A DNA stretch of 64,000 nucleotides, from assembly GCA_963719495.1 (NCBI GenBank), contig CAVRCI010000013.1:640001-704000 (forward strand), given 5' to 3'. This DNA is from an uncultured Verrucomicrobiae bacterium (GTDB taxonomy: Bacteria > Verrucomicrobiota > Verrucomicrobiia > Chthoniobacterales > JAATET01). This document shows, piece by piece, positions 1 through 11,060 of this stretch. Within the stretch, counting starts at the first letter, position 1. Every line of letters begins with the position of its first letter. The notes beneath the pieces are model-generated. The model did not search any database. It was given only the letters and a program-made list of their open reading frames with translations, and was not told the DNA's origin. The position numbers and the translations under genes were made by a program.

Positions 1-151
1 AATCCGCGCATCGTGACGGCTTCGAACCCGCCAAGGCTGATACCAAATCCCGTTAAAAAAAGACCCACGTAGGGATGGTCTCTGACCGTCGACGCCGTCG
101 GGCTCGTTGTGACCATCCTGGGTGAAAGTCAGCGGCGGTCACAGACCGCCG

Positions 152-1603
152 CTACGTTTCGGGACGGCGGGAGCCAGGACGGTTCTGCCAAACGTGCCAT
201 CCCAGCGCGATCCAGATCAGAAAGTAGAATTGCAGCGATTCGATCTGCATGGGGAAATCCACGAGCGAATGGAGCGCGGTCAGGACGATGGCCACGCAGC
301 CACCCAACGCGACGACGGGACTGGAAGCGTCGGGGATCGCGTTCCAAAAGAACCGAATGTGCTGCGTCCAGCTGTAAGCAAATTCCACGTCATTCCTCCG
401 AGCCCCAACTTTCCCCGCCCACCCGCTCCGAAACAAAGCGAAGACCGGGACCACCAAAAGCACGCCCCAAAAGAAGGTTCCCAGCCAACCCCACTCGACA
501 AGCGTCTGCAGGTAATCCTGATGAGCGACCCAGAAGGGGGCCTTCTGCATGATCGGATCGTCACCGACGTAGTCCCAATAAATCGTTTGGAACGTCCCCG
601 GCCCGAATCCGATCCAGCCCGCGTCAGGAACCATCCGGGCGAAATGACCGTAGGCGACGATGCGGGCCTCGGTGGACATATCCCCACCCGCGAAGCTTTC
701 CCAGCGGGCCGTCGGCAGCGCAAAAACGAGGGACACGCCGATGATCAGCGTCGGCAGGCCAACGGCCAGGACGACGGCGGGTGAAATTCGAATTCGACGG
801 GCGTGGCCGAGTCGAAGCCCCCGCAACCCGAGCAACCCCAGGAATCCCAGCGCTCCCACGGCACCAAGCACGTTCCCGGCCTTGGAATTGTTCAAAAACA
901 ACGCCGAGAACACGATCAACGTCGCGGTCAGCCAAACCGTCCAGCCCCGCGCGCGATCCCGCGAAATGGTGTGGACGGCGAGAGCGGCCAACAATGGCCA
1001 GCAGAGATTGAGATACGACGCCGCGTTGCCGTGGTATCGGAACGTGGCGAAAGACAATTTGATGCTGGGCTGCAACTCGCTGGAGAGCAGAAAGGATCCA
1101 CCGACCGTCCGCTGGAGTACGAAAAGCATCGTCATCCCAAGCGCGGTGGCCGCAATCGTGGCGAACATCGCCCGCGTCCAATGGGAATGATTGAAAAGGT
1201 CAAACGCCAGCAGCAGCGAGCCAAGCAGCACGGCTGTCCGGATCATCGCGGAGACGGCTAGGTTCAGATCGACCGCTCCGTAAATCAGCCAATCATCGAT
1301 CCAGGCCGGGTAATCGAGCCGCATCTCCGTCCGCCACGAGATCCAGGCGAACAAAGTCGAGATCCCTCCAACGAGCAAAACACCAACCACACCCACCTTG
1401 ATCGGAAGCGGAATGCCCGGTCGGTTCCGATCGAGGACCATCCCGATAAACCAAGCCACGATGGTCACCGCCATCCACGCGTTGAAGAAGCGGATCGAAG
1501 ATTCGCGAGTCAGCCCGTAATCGACCGCTGCGATCACGAGCCCCCCAAGGAACAAGCTCCGGGCGAAATTCGTCGAACAAGCTCCCAGCCACCGCACCAT
1601 CAT
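152..1603 (-). CDS. O-antigen ligase (Wzy_C) family membrane protein
   Basis: Multi-TM ORF with ATFRYHGNAA, GWIGFGPGTF, AHQDYLQTLVEWG and HSLVDFP motifs; start set at MMVRW. Confidence 0.8.
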   Translation of the reverse strand: MMVRWLGACSTNFARSLFLGGLVIAAVDYGLTRESSIRFFNAWMAVTIVAWFIGMVLDRNRPGIPLPIKVGVVGVLLVGGISTLFAWISWRTEMRLDYPAWIDDWLIYGAVDLNLAVSAMIRTAVLLGSLLLAFDLFNHSHWTRAMFATIAATALGMTMLFVLQRTVGGSFLLSSELQPSIKLSFATFRYHGNAASYLNLCWPLLAALAVHTISRDRARGWTVWLTATLIVFSALFLNNSKAGNVLGAVGALGFLGLLGLRGLRLGHARRIRISPAVVLAVGLPTLIIGVSLVFALPTARWESFAGGDMSTEARIVAYGHFARMVPDAGWIGFGPGTFQTIYWDYVGDDPIMQKAPFWVAHQDYLQTLVEWGWLGTFFWGVLLVVPVFALFRSGWAGKVGARRNDVEFAYSWTQHIRFFWNAIPDASSPVVALGGCVAIVLTALHSLVDFPMQIESLQFYFLIWIALGWHVWQNRPGSRRPET

Positions 1604-2283
1604 ACGATGAAAAGCCGGATACCCGCACCGGCGACAAGCCCATACTGAATGGAAACGGACGAAAATCGACCGGCGGGCGGCGAAGCCGCGTCCTTTTGTC
1701 GGATAATCGGCCCGATTAGGCTGGGCGAAGCGAAGCATTGCCGGGTTCTTCCCCGATGTTCGTCCGGCTGTCGGTCCCGAATGGGGCCGCCAAACCCATC
1801 GTGCCTTCAGGCTGGGGGAACGAGTTTCGCCCCGGTTTGCGAGAATTGTCAGGGAGGAAACGCGCGCCGCGACGGTCCCGGCCCTCGACCCAACTAGTCG
1901 GGCTGGTCGCGCCGCGCCAGCCGACGTTCGACCTTCTCGCAATCGCACCCGAATGGACCCAGACCGACTCGAACGGTTTCCTTTCAGGATTGAACCGCTT
2001 TGCGACTGGGTCTTGCGCCACCTTCAATCCCGCTCTGACGTTTGCGGGTAACGACTCCCGCTGAGACTTCCTCGCCGCGAGCTGACGGCACGGCGTGCGC
2101 GACTCCGTCCTTCCGAATGCGCTTCGATCGATCCAATAGCGTGATCCCCGCCGACGCCATCCCCGGCTCCGATCGACTTGCCTTCCGAGCTTTCGAGCTT
2201 CCGAACGACACCGGAAAGCCTTGAGGAATTCCCAAATTAAGTAGATCTTCGACCACCTTGGCGGCAGCTCCGCCTCACCTCCC

Positions 2284-4320
2284 ATGAACGAAACCGCTTC
2301 TTCCAAGCTCACCAAGCGAAAACTCAACCTCTGGCAGCGCGGCATCGGTTTCGTGAAGCGGCTCAGTCTTTGGAACAAACTCGCGCTCGCGTTTCTGATC
2401 CTGGCCCTCCCACTCGGCTACGGCTCTCTGCTTCTACTGAAACCTTTTTACAAGGAATGGCGCGCCAATAACGCCCTGAAAATCGCGGAGACCTCCATCG
2501 CAGCCGAGGATTTCAACGCCGCCTCGTTGGCTTTTCGAACCGCAATCCGATCCCGACCCAAGGATCCGGAAATCTGGCGCCGGGTGGCGGCATTCCTGGA
2601 TCAGATCGGGTCGCCGGAAGCCCTTTCCGTCTGGTCGCGAGCGGTCAAGCTCGACCCCCGCGATATCGATTCGAAATATTCGCTCATCGCGAGCGCCGTT
2701 CAACAGAAGCGGCTGGAACAGGCGAGCGCCGTCCTCGCCGAGATTCCGACCGACGAGACGAAGACCATCGCTTACCATCGCGCCGCGGCGAATATCGCCA
2801 TTGCTGCGAATGATCCGTCCACCGCGGAGCGCGAACTGGTGGCCTGGCTGGAGCTGGAACCCAACGCACCCGTCGCCCAATGGGATCTTGCCCGGGTCCG
2901 CTTCATGAGCGGTGATCCGGCGGTCCGTGACACCGCCCGCGAGACGCTCCGCACCTACGCCGAAGGCGAGGGGACCTACGCACTACCCGCGCGCCGGCTG
3001 CTCGTCCGGGTCTTCCTCGCCGCCAGCGATTTTTACACCGCCAACCGGGAAGCCGAACGATTGATCACCGACCCGGAGGCGACCGCCGAAGACCAGATTC
3101 TCTTTCTGGACACGGAGTTCGCCGCTCAGAGCTTCACGCTGCCGGGTTCCATTTCCGGGATTTTCGAACACGCCCTAGCCAACCCGGAAGCGGCACCCCC
3201 GATCCTCAATTACCTGGCCGCCCGCGGTCTGAGTGATCGGATCGCCACTTGGTTCGACTCGCTTCCCCCTGATCTGGCCGACAACGAGTCGATCCAGATG
3301 GCCCGATTCGAATATGCGCGCAGGTCGGGCGATTGGAGCCAGGTATTCGCCATCCTTCGATCGGCCAGTTCCCCGTATGACCTTCCCGCGGAGCTGGTCG
3401 ACCTCACGGAGCAGGCACTGGCAGATTTCCGCCGGGGCGACTCCGGAGCGCTCCCGATCTGGCAGAAGGCGATCTTCCTCACCCAGAGCAACCCTGCCGC
3501 CGCTTTCGTCCTCGCCAATTTGTCGGAGGCCTCATCGTGGCGGGAAGCCTACTCGCTCGCCCTCTGGAGCCTCGCGAACTCCGTCGGCAACCGGAGCGAG
3601 ATCTGGCAGGAAGTCCTCAAGGTGGAACTCGCCGACGGCAACAGCACGGGCATCCTGCGGGCTTTGTCGGGAGCCGTTCGGGCCGACTCGGACAATCGTC
3701 GGTTGCGAAACGATTGGGTCCTCATGAACCTGCTGCTCGAGCAGGGGGAGCCCAGGCAATTGGTCGAGCTTGCCCGTGAGAATTACGAATACGAATCGGA
3801 CAACAGCTTCTACGCCACCACGTTCGCCCTCGGCCTGGCAGCGGCGGGCGAGACTGACGAGGCCGCCGCCGTCATTGATCGGATCCCGGAAGACGAGCAG
3901 CGCCAGCCCGCGAAGGCGCTCTACGTTGGGAGTGTCCTCGCCATGGACGGCCAGTTCGAACGCGCCAAGCTTTTCCTCGACCTCGCAACCAAAGCCCGTG
4001 ACTCGTTTCTTCCGGAGGAGCGGATGATGTTCGATCAATCCCTCGAAATCGCTTCGGGCGCTCGTTCGATCGAGGACCAGCTGGCGCGAATGACCGATCG
4101 CTCGGGCGTGACCGATGAGCAATCCGAGGAATTTCGCGAGACTCTCCGAGCCCAACTGCAGGATGCCAGGACCGACGCGGAGACCGAGAATGTCGCCGCC
4201 GCCCTCCGCGACACCGTTGCGGGCGAGCGAAGCTCACCGGATGACATTCAGGCCATTCTGCGGGACATCCAGTCCAAACAACCGGACGGAGCACTCGAAG
4301 CTCCGGAAACTTCGCCCTAA
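2284..4320 (+). CDS. TPR-repeat protein with N-terminal membrane anchor
   Basis: 678 aa, N-terminal hydrophobic helix, TPR-like helices; exosortase-locus context. Confidence 0.75.
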   Translation: MNETASSKLTKRKLNLWQRGIGFVKRLSLWNKLALAFLILALPLGYGSLLLLKPFYKEWRANNALKIAETSIAAEDFNAASLAFRTAIRSRPKDPEIWRRVAAFLDQIGSPEALSVWSRAVKLDPRDIDSKYSLIASAVQQKRLEQASAVLAEIPTDETKTIAYHRAAANIAIAANDPSTAERELVAWLELEPNAPVAQWDLARVRFMSGDPAVRDTARETLRTYAEGEGTYALPARRLLVRVFLAASDFYTANREAERLITDPEATAEDQILFLDTEFAAQSFTLPGSISGIFEHALANPEAAPPILNYLAARGLSDRIATWFDSLPPDLADNESIQMARFEYARRSGDWSQVFAILRSASSPYDLPAELVDLTEQALADFRRGDSGALPIWQKAIFLTQSNPAAAFVLANLSEASSWREAYSLALWSLANSVGNRSEIWQEVLKVELADGNSTGILRALSGAVRADSDNRRLRNDWVLMNLLLEQGEPRQLVELARENYEYESDNSFYATTFALGLAAAGETDEAAAVIDRIPEDEQRQPAKALYVGSVLAMDGQFERAKLFLDLATKARDSFLPEERMMFDQSLEIASGARSIEDQLARMTDRSGVTDEQSEEFRETLRAQLQDARTDAETENVAAALRDTVAGERSSPDDIQAILRDIQSKQPDGALEAPETSP

Positions 4321-4501
4321 TTCCTCCGCTCGCGCCAAGTGAAGTTCAATTTTTCTTGAACGAAATATTCGGTCTGGTCACCGTGTCCGAATCAAGGCGA
4401 CCGAGCCTTGGACAATCAAGCTCCCGACCGGTGTCGACCCCAGCCACCATGGGCGGCAGCGTCCCGAGGTATCATTCGCGAACGTGGCATTTCCGACCAC
4501 C

Positions 4502-5032
4502 ATGGACTCTGCGGAAAACGACGGCGGACGGACGGCCCTCGAGCCCGCCCAGGCCGAGCTTCTGGAGTTTCAACGCGAAAGCGTGGCCCTCTTCAGTCAC
4601 GCGGCCCGCGCCTTCGCGCTTCCAAAGTCGGTGGGGCAGATTTACGGGCTCCTCTACGGCAGTCGGCTGCCCCTTCCACTCGACGAAGTCATCCGTCGGC
4701 TCGAAATCAGCAAAGGCTCGGCAAGCCAGGGTTTGCGCTGGCTGCGCGACCTCGGAGCCGTCAGGACTGAGACCGTGGGCGGCGATCGCCGCGACCATTA
4801 CGTGGCGGAAATCGAGCTGCGCCGCCTTGCCACCGGCTTTCTTCGAGGCACCGCCGAGCCGCACCTCGATAACGGGGAGGGGCGCCTGGACCGACTCGAA
4901 CGCGCCAAGGACGACATCCCACGGGGCTCCGAACGAGATTTTGCCTCCACCCGCCTCGAGAAACTCCGCCGCTGGCACAAATTCCTCCGCCAAATCCTCC
5001 TCCTGGTCGTCAAAGTCGCGGGCCGCTTCTGA
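4502..5032 (+). CDS. GbsR/MarR family transcriptional regulator
   Basis: LPKSVGQIYGLLY...ISKGSASQGLRWL..LGAV winged-HTH pattern. Confidence 0.85.
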   Translation: MDSAENDGGRTALEPAQAELLEFQRESVALFSHAARAFALPKSVGQIYGLLYGSRLPLPLDEVIRRLEISKGSASQGLRWLRDLGAVRTETVGGDRRDHYVAEIELRRLATGFLRGTAEPHLDNGEGRLDRLERAKDDIPRGSERDFASTRLEKLRRWHKFLRQILLLVVKVAGRF

Positions 5033-5159
5033 TTCGGTCGGCTCGAAGTTTTTAAGAACGCCACGTTCGGGCTCGCTCCCAACTCACCCAGAGAATCGCG
5101 CTCAACCTTTCGAGCCCCCGCGCCTCTTTGTGGCCCAAAACGCCTTGCACTTCACCTCA

Positions 5160-5268
5160 CCGACCTTCGACCTTTAGGACCTTCAGACTTTCCGACTCTT
5201 AGACCTTCGACTTTCCGACTTTCCGACTTTCCGACTTTCCGACTTTTAGACTTTTAGACTTTTAGACC
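5160..5268 (+). repeat. Degenerate 8-mer tandem array (GACTTTCC/GACTTTTA) before gmd
   Basis: About 13 units read directly. Confidence 0.9.
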
Positions 5269-5272
5269 AAAA

Positions 5273-6325
5273 ATGAAAACAGCAATGATCACCGGCATCA
5301 CCGGTCAAGACGGTTCCTACCTCGCCGAACAGCTTCTCGCCAAAGGCTACGAGGTTCACGGCATGATCCGCCGTTCCAGCAGCTTCAACACCGAGCGCAT
5401 CGACCACCTTTATCGCGACCCGGAGGTCCTCGACAACAAGCTCTTCCTCCACCACGGCGACCTCACCGACTCGTCGAATCTCAACCGCCTGCTCGAAAAG
5501 ATCGGCCCCGACGAGATTTACAATCTCGGGGCCCAGAGCCACGTCAAGGTCTCCTTCGAAGTCCCGGAATACACCGCCGAAGTCGACGGCATCGGCACGC
5601 TCCGCTTCCTCGACGCCATCAAGGAAGTCGGCCTCAAAGACAAAGTCCGATTCTACCAAGCCTCGACCAGCGAACTCTTTGGCCTCGTTCAGGAGGTTCC
5701 GCAGACCGAAAAAACCCCATTCTACCCCCGTTCGCCCTACGGCGTCGCCAAGCTCTACGGCTACTGGATCATCGTGAACTACCGGGAATCCTACGGCATC
5801 CACGCCTCCAACGGCATCCTCTTCAACCACGAGTCGCCCCGGCGCGGCGAAACCTTCGTCACCCGCAAAATCACCCGTGCCGCCGGCCGCATCAAAGAGG
5901 GCCTCGAAGATTGCCTCCTCATGGGCAACATCGATTCCCAGCGCGACTGGGGCTACGCGCCCGAATACACCGACGCCATGTGGCGCATCCTCCAGCAAGA
6001 CGAGCCCGGCGACTACGTCGCGGCCACGAACGAAATGCACACGGTCCGCGAATTCATCGACGAGACGTTCCAAGCACTCGACATGGAACTCGAGTTCCGA
6101 GGGGAGGGGGTCGACGAAGTCGGAGTCGAAAAATCAACCGGGCGCACGTTGATGAAAATCGACCCCCGCTATTTCCGCCCCGCCGAGGTCGAACTCCTCA
6201 TCGGCGACTACACCAAGGCGAAAGAGACCTTCGGCTGGGAACCCACGACCAAGTTCCACGAGCTCGTCAAAATCATGGCCGACGCCGACTGGAAGCTCGC
6301 GCAGAAGGAGCGAAGGAATAAGTGA
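5273..6325 (+). CDS. gmd: GDP-mannose 4,6-dehydratase
   Basis: [52 protein letters not shown]. Confidence 0.97.
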   Translation: MKTAMITGITGQDGSYLAEQLLAKGYEVHGMIRRSSSFNTERIDHLYRDPEVLDNKLFLHHGDLTDSSNLNRLLEKIGPDEIYNLGAQSHVKVSFEVPEYTAEVDGIGTLRFLDAIKEVGLKDKVRFYQASTSELFGLVQEVPQTEKTPFYPRSPYGVAKLYGYWIIVNYRESYGIHASNGILFNHESPRRGETFVTRKITRAAGRIKEGLEDCLLMGNIDSQRDWGYAPEYTDAMWRILQQDEPGDYVAATNEMHTVREFIDETFQALDMELEFRGEGVDEVGVEKSTGRTLMKIDPRYFRPAEVELLIGDYTKAKETFGWEPTTKFHELVKIMADADWKLAQKERRNK

Positions 6326-6521
6326 GTCGGAAGGTCCAAAGTCGAAGAGTCAGGTCAGAATCGCTGGTGCGATTGAAGCTGGGGAGCACACGCGTCCCCG
6401 CGTGTGAGATGCGGCGTCCCGCCGCATCGCATCGAGCACTTTGGTAGGGCGGGCCGTCCCCACCCACCGCCATCCCTACGGCCCATCAAAAATAATCGCA
6501 CCAGCGATACAATCCCGACCA

Positions 6522-6598
6522 TCCGACCTTCCGACCTTCTGACGTTCCGACCTTCCGACCTTCCGACCTTCCGACCTTCTGACGTTCCGACCTTAGAC
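6522..6598 (+). repeat. 8-mer tandem array TCCGACCT (about 9 units) before exosortase
   Basis: Read directly. Confidence 0.9.
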
Positions 6599-6604
6599 CA
6601 TCCC

Positions 6605-7540
6605 ATGCACCCCCCTGACGCCGTGACCAATCCGACACCCGCCACAACCGGAGCGACTTCGAAAACGGTCGCCTTTCCGGAATGGGCCCCCTTTGCGATC
6701 ATCGCGTTGATCTGGCTCCCGGCGTTGATGCGGTTCAGCGTCGAGTGGTCGATCAACCCTCAATACTATTACGGTTGGTCAGTTCCGTTGCTTTCGGCGT
6801 ATTTAATTTATGATCGTTGGCTGGCCCGCCCGAACCCGGTCCCGCCCGCTCGGATCCTGGTGCCGGCGATCCTAATCATCCTGTGCGCCCTGCCGCAGTT
6901 ACCCTTGCGGTTAGTCGGCGAGGCCAATACCGATTGGCGGTTGGTGTCGTGGATCATGGGATTGAACGCCTTGGCGATCAGCTTTGCGATCCTCTACATC
7001 CAGGGCGGTTGGCGCTGGCTCGGCTTCTTCGTTCTCCCCATCCTTTTCTTACTGACGGCCGTCCCGTGGCCCTCCGGTGCCGAAAAGCTGCTCGTTCAGG
7101 GCCTGATGCGCGTGAACGCCGAAATCGCCGCCAACCTCGTTGGTTTCGTCGGCATCCCGGCGGAGGCCCGCGGCAACGTGATCGAGGTGCCGACGGGGGT
7201 GTTGGGCGTCAACGAAGCGTGCAGTGGGATTCGGTCCCTGCAGTCGACTCTCATGGCGGCGATCTTCCTCGGTATCCTCTACCGCCGCTCGGTTCCGGGA
7301 TTGATCGGACTCGTTGTCGTCGGCTCGCTCATCGCGTTCGTCTGCAACGTTATTCGGACGACGTTCCTGACGTATCAGGGTGCGGTCAACGGGATCACCG
7401 CCGTCGACGAGTGGCACGACACCGCTGGCTTCGTCATTCTTGGCGTCGTCCTCGTGTGTCTCTGGGGGATGAGTCAATGGCTCGAGCGCTCGGAAAGGAA
7501 AGGATCTGAACAAAAGAGTGCTGAGGAAGCAAAGGTCTGA
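6605..7540 (+). CDS. Exosortase family protein (no C-terminal EpsI-like domain)
   Basis: EACSGIRSL catalytic Cys, CNVIR Arg, WHDTAG His; multi-TM. Confidence 0.9.
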   Translation: MHPPDAVTNPTPATTGATSKTVAFPEWAPFAIIALIWLPALMRFSVEWSINPQYYYGWSVPLLSAYLIYDRWLARPNPVPPARILVPAILIILCALPQLPLRLVGEANTDWRLVSWIMGLNALAISFAILYIQGGWRWLGFFVLPILFLLTAVPWPSGAEKLLVQGLMRVNAEIAANLVGFVGIPAEARGNVIEVPTGVLGVNEACSGIRSLQSTLMAAIFLGILYRRSVPGLIGLVVVGSLIAFVCNVIRTTFLTYQGAVNGITAVDEWHDTAGFVILGVVLVCLWGMSQWLERSERKGSEQKSAEEAKV

Positions 7541-7653
7541 AGATGCATTGAAACCCGCCCGGTGTGGCTGGAGTCTGGCTCGACCTGAATAGGATTCGTG
7601 TCATCCGGCGGACCGAAAGGGGGTGGCTTTCAAACCAATCGAAGCTAAATTAC

Positions 7654-7983
7654 ATGACGATGCTGCAACAACGCGACGAGCAGCGAAGGCAAACGCGCCT
7701 CGAGCTTTTCGACGCGACCCGGCGAACACTTTTTGCCGAGCTTCGTGCCCGGCTCCCCCGCGGGACGGTGGTATGGATCTTTGGCTCGTTGGCTCGACGA
7801 GGAGTCTTCAACGCCGCTTCCGACGTCGACATCGCTCTGGAATGTGAGCCAGCGGGGTCGAGTTGTTTTCGCCTGAGTTCCGAGTTGGACGAAGCTTTTG
7901 GCCGCCCCGTCGATGTGGTGCTGCTGAATGAAAGTCGGCTGGCCGCTCAAATCCAAAGCGCCGGAGAAAAATGGACGCTATAG
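7654..7983 (+). CDS. Minimal nucleotidyltransferase (MNT) antitoxin
   Basis: FGSLAR...SDVDIA motif. Confidence 0.85.
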   Translation: MTMLQQRDEQRRQTRLELFDATRRTLFAELRARLPRGTVVWIFGSLARRGVFNAASDVDIALECEPAGSSCFRLSSELDEAFGRPVDVVLLNESRLAAQIQSAGEKWTL

Positions 7984-8453
7984 GCTTGGCCACGCTGCAT
8001 CGGGAAATGCAGGAGGATGTGCGCGTGATGCACGACGCGTTCGATCTTGCGACGGAGCGTTTTTCCCACGCTGGAGCGATGGGCTTGGAGTCGACGGCGC
8101 ATCATTTGTGCCGGTTCTACAACGCGTGCGAACAAATGGCTTTGCGAGTGGCGAAGGCATTCGAAAATCACATCGATGACGACCGAGGATGGCACACCGC
8201 TCTCCTCACGCGGATGAGCCTGGAGATCGGAGGAATTCGCCCGGCCCTGATCCCGGTGGATCTCAAACCCGATCTCCAAGAGTTGAAAGGGTTTCGACAC
8301 GCCTTCGTTCATGCTTACGAGTTGCGGTTGGACGAAGAAAAGCTGCGATTGCTGATCCAATACGCCGGCCGGGTGAATGCGCGGTTGGATGAAATGATCA
8401 GAGTCTTCGCGGATCGTGCTGTCGAAGACGCAGATCCGGATTCAACATCGTAG
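7971..8453 (+). CDS. HEPN (HepT-like) RNase toxin
   Basis: FRHAFVHAY (Rx4HxY); overlaps MNT. Confidence 0.85.
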   Translation: MDAIGLATLHREMQEDVRVMHDAFDLATERFSHAGAMGLESTAHHLCRFYNACEQMALRVAKAFENHIDDDRGWHTALLTRMSLEIGGIRPALIPVDLKPDLQELKGFRHAFVHAYELRLDEEKLRLLIQYAGRVNARLDEMIRVFADRAVEDADPDSTS

Positions 8454-8502
8454 AAGTCGAGTGAACGAGTAGCTAATAATAGTAACGAGCAACCAACAAC
8501 TC

Positions 8503-8646
8503 ACATCCGCGAAGCTCGCGAAGCTCCTCCCCGGCGCGGATGAAATCATGAATTCCGCGATGTTCCTTGGGACCAACCCGGGCTTGACGCGGGAGATGCT
8601 CGAATCCGAGATCGCGACGATTCGGAGCTTCGTGAGGAGCTTCTGA
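8503..8646 (+). pseudogene. 3' remnant of RfbH-like (DegT family) sugar-modifying gene
   Basis: Translates LLPGADEIMNSAMFLGTNPGLTREMLESEIATIRSFVRSF*, resembling the RfbH C-terminus. Confidence 0.5.
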
Positions 8647-8876
8647 TTCTCGCGCTGAGGCTGATACAAATGCGGATGAGGGGACCACAATTAGGTTAGC
8701 TAAAAATGCATTCCGAATAACGGAAACGAATGGAAAGAATCCTCTCTGCGTCTCAGCGCCTCTGCGGGAAAATCATTCGGAAATAAGCCCTCGCCGCTCG
8801 CCTCGGCCACCACAGCTGCGCTCCTTTCCACCTGATCGTCCATTGAAATGCGGCAAGACTCCGACTATCTTCATCC

Positions 8877-9071
8877 ATGACTTTTAAGGCAGTCATTCAC
8901 CCCTCTGAAGATGGCGGCTTTTGGGCGGAGGTTCCCGCTCTTCCAGGATGTGTTTCCCAAGGGGAATCCATGGAGGAACTTCGCTTTAACATCCAGGAAG
9001 CTGTCGAGCTATGGCTTGAAGCGGGATCACCCGAAGAGACGGAGGGTCAGATCCTGGAACTTGCGATTTGA
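8877..9071 (+). CDS. hicB: HicB family antitoxin
   Basis: DGGFWAEVPALPGCVSQGES. Confidence 0.9.
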   Translation: MTFKAVIHPSEDGGFWAEVPALPGCVSQGESMEELRFNIQEAVELWLEAGSPEETEGQILELAI

Positions 9072-9276
9072 AGCAGGTTACGGGCAGGCAGCTTGCCAGA
9101 TCTGTCGAGAAACGCGGATGGATCCTCTCGCGAGTCAAAAGCAGTCACCACGTTTTCATAAAAGCTGGACGACCGGAACGAATCGTTATCCCGATCCACG
9201 GCAATCGGCCCTTAAGCTTGGCCTTCTCAAATCCCTAATGAAGATCGCCGCTCTCCAAGAGAGCGGCATCAAATGA
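9068..9276 (+). pseudogene. hicA: HicA toxin, frameshifted near 9210
   Basis: MKQVTGRQL..GW..RVKSSHH..IPIHGN continues in another frame as LKLGLLKSLMK. Confidence 0.8.
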
Positions 9277-9293
9277 CCGTAACGAGCCGCTAG

Positions 9294-10890
9294 CAGCCTG
9301 TCGGACTTACAAGAGCGACAAAATCCAAGAAACCTGTCAGACAGGGAGGATGGCAGTGAGATACGTCAACGTGGATCATGAGACCCCGCTACTTTTACCG
9401 CCGGACCTACGGGACTGGGTTCCGGCAGGGCACATGGTTCATTTCGTGATGGACGCGGTAGGGGCGTTGAATCTTGGGGCGGCAAAGAGGAACGAAAGGG
9501 GGACGGGATCGGCGCAGTATCCGCCGTCGATGATGCTGGGGTTGCTGATTTACAGCTACGCGACGGGCACATTTGGGAGTCGGCGCATTGAAACGCTCAC
9601 GCACGAGAATGTGGCCGTGCGCTACCTGTGTGCCGGACACCATCCTGACCACGACTCGATCTGCAAATTCCGCCGAGAGAACGCGGAACTGCTCAGCAGT
9701 TGCTTTCATCAGGTTCTTGAACTGGCGGCAGGATCAGGAGTGTTGAAGGTGGGAGATTTGACCGTCTCGCTGGACGGCACCAAGCTTCTGGCCAACGCGA
9801 GTCGCCACAGCGCGATGAGTCACGGACGGATCGAAGAGCAGATGACGCTGGCCAGCGAGCAAATACAGGAGCTGTTGGCCAAGGCCGAGAATGCCGACAG
9901 CACCCCGCTGGCCGACGGGCTGGAGATCCCGCAGGAAATCAAACGTCGCGAGGATCGACTGGCCAAGCTTGTACAAGCCAAGGCCGCTCTGGAAGCTCGG
10001 GTCAAAGTCCGCTTCGAGCAGGAAAGCACGGCCCACGCCGAAAAGCTCGCCACCCGCGCACAAAGCGAGCAGAGCACCGGTCGCAAAGCACGTGGCAAGG
10101 CACCTGAACCGCCCACCGAAGGCCCCCGTCCCAAGGACCAATATAACTTCACCGATCCCGAGAGCCGGATTATGAAAGACAAAAGCAGCTTCGCGCAGTG
10201 CTACAACGCGCAGGCCGCCGTGGATGTCGACACCATGCTCATCGTCGGAGCCCATCTCACCGACGCGCCCAACGACAAGCAACAACTCCAACCCGGAGTG
10301 GAGTCCGTGAGTCCGGTCGTCGGCAGCGTCAGCCAAGTGCTCGTCGACAGTGGCTACTACAGCCAGGAAGCGGTTGCGACCGTGGAAGCCCGAGACGGGA
10401 ACCCGAAAGTTTACGCCGCGCAAAAGCGCCAGCCCCACGGGCGCACAATTGCTGATCTGGAACTCCGAGCCGACCCGCCCGCACCGCCACCCGATGCTCC
10501 GCCTACCGAAATCATGGCCCACCGACTCACCACCGCGACTGGGCGCGAACTTTACGCCCTGCGCAAACAAACCGTCGAACCCGCCTTCGGCATTATCAAA
10601 GAAGCCATGGGATTCCGACGCCTGCTCCTGCGTGGGAAGGAAAAAGCCGCCTTGGAATGGTCATTAGTCACCACCGCCTACAACCTCAAACGCCTTTTCG
10701 GACTCGGGATGCAGATCGCAAGGGCATAAGGAGCCCGCCATCTCGCTTTTCACACCCGCCGGCAGAGGCCGTCAACGACACCGACAGCTTCGTTCCCGTC
10801 ATTGGACTTTCCGGTCCGCTCGCCAACGGCCAACCCAAACCTACCCCAAAAATCCCACGTCAACCCGCTGGCTCCAAGTCCGACAGGCTG
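9294..10890 (+). mobile_element. IS1182 family insertion sequence
   Basis: 15-bp IRs CAGCCTGTCGGACTT/AAGTCCGACAGGCTG with CTAG on both sides. Confidence 0.9.
9350..10729 (+). CDS. IS1182 family transposase
   Basis: LLLPPDLRDWVP, DGTK, TDPESRIM, VDSGY, RKQTVEPAFG. Confidence 0.92.
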   Translation: MAVRYVNVDHETPLLLPPDLRDWVPAGHMVHFVMDAVGALNLGAAKRNERGTGSAQYPPSMMLGLLIYSYATGTFGSRRIETLTHENVAVRYLCAGHHPDHDSICKFRRENAELLSSCFHQVLELAAGSGVLKVGDLTVSLDGTKLLANASRHSAMSHGRIEEQMTLASEQIQELLAKAENADSTPLADGLEIPQEIKRREDRLAKLVQAKAALEARVKVRFEQESTAHAEKLATRAQSEQSTGRKARGKAPEPPTEGPRPKDQYNFTDPESRIMKDKSSFAQCYNAQAAVDVDTMLIVGAHLTDAPNDKQQLQPGVESVSPVVGSVSQVLVDSGYYSQEAVATVEARDGNPKVYAAQKRQPHGRTIADLELRADPPAPPPDAPPTEIMAHRLTTATGRELYALRKQTVEPAFGIIKEAMGFRRLLLRGKEKAALEWSLVTTAYNLKRLFGLGMQIARA

Positions 10891-11060
10891 CTAGCAACCC
10901 GCCACGAGCGACTCTCAACCATTTCCTCCGTGCCGGTAGCAGCACGGGAACTCGCGCAAGCCGAGCTTACGACACAGCCTACAAGGCAACGCGCAGAGGG
11001 TGAAGCTACACTGTTTTCCTTCCGCGTTGATTTTTCCGCGAAAACCTCGATCCTCAGGAG

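Noticed and set aside
1649..2280. Short ORFs between the ligase and TPR genes
   Set aside because: No recognisable motifs; probably a divergent promoter region
5246..6073. Long antisense ORFs (also 9734-10570, 25515-26252 and others)
   Set aside because: Shadow ORFs of well-supported genes in GC-rich DNA
6404..6604. N-terminal TFRPSDLP repeats on the exosortase ORF
   Set aside because: These are a translation of the 8-mer DNA array; the likely start is ATG 6605
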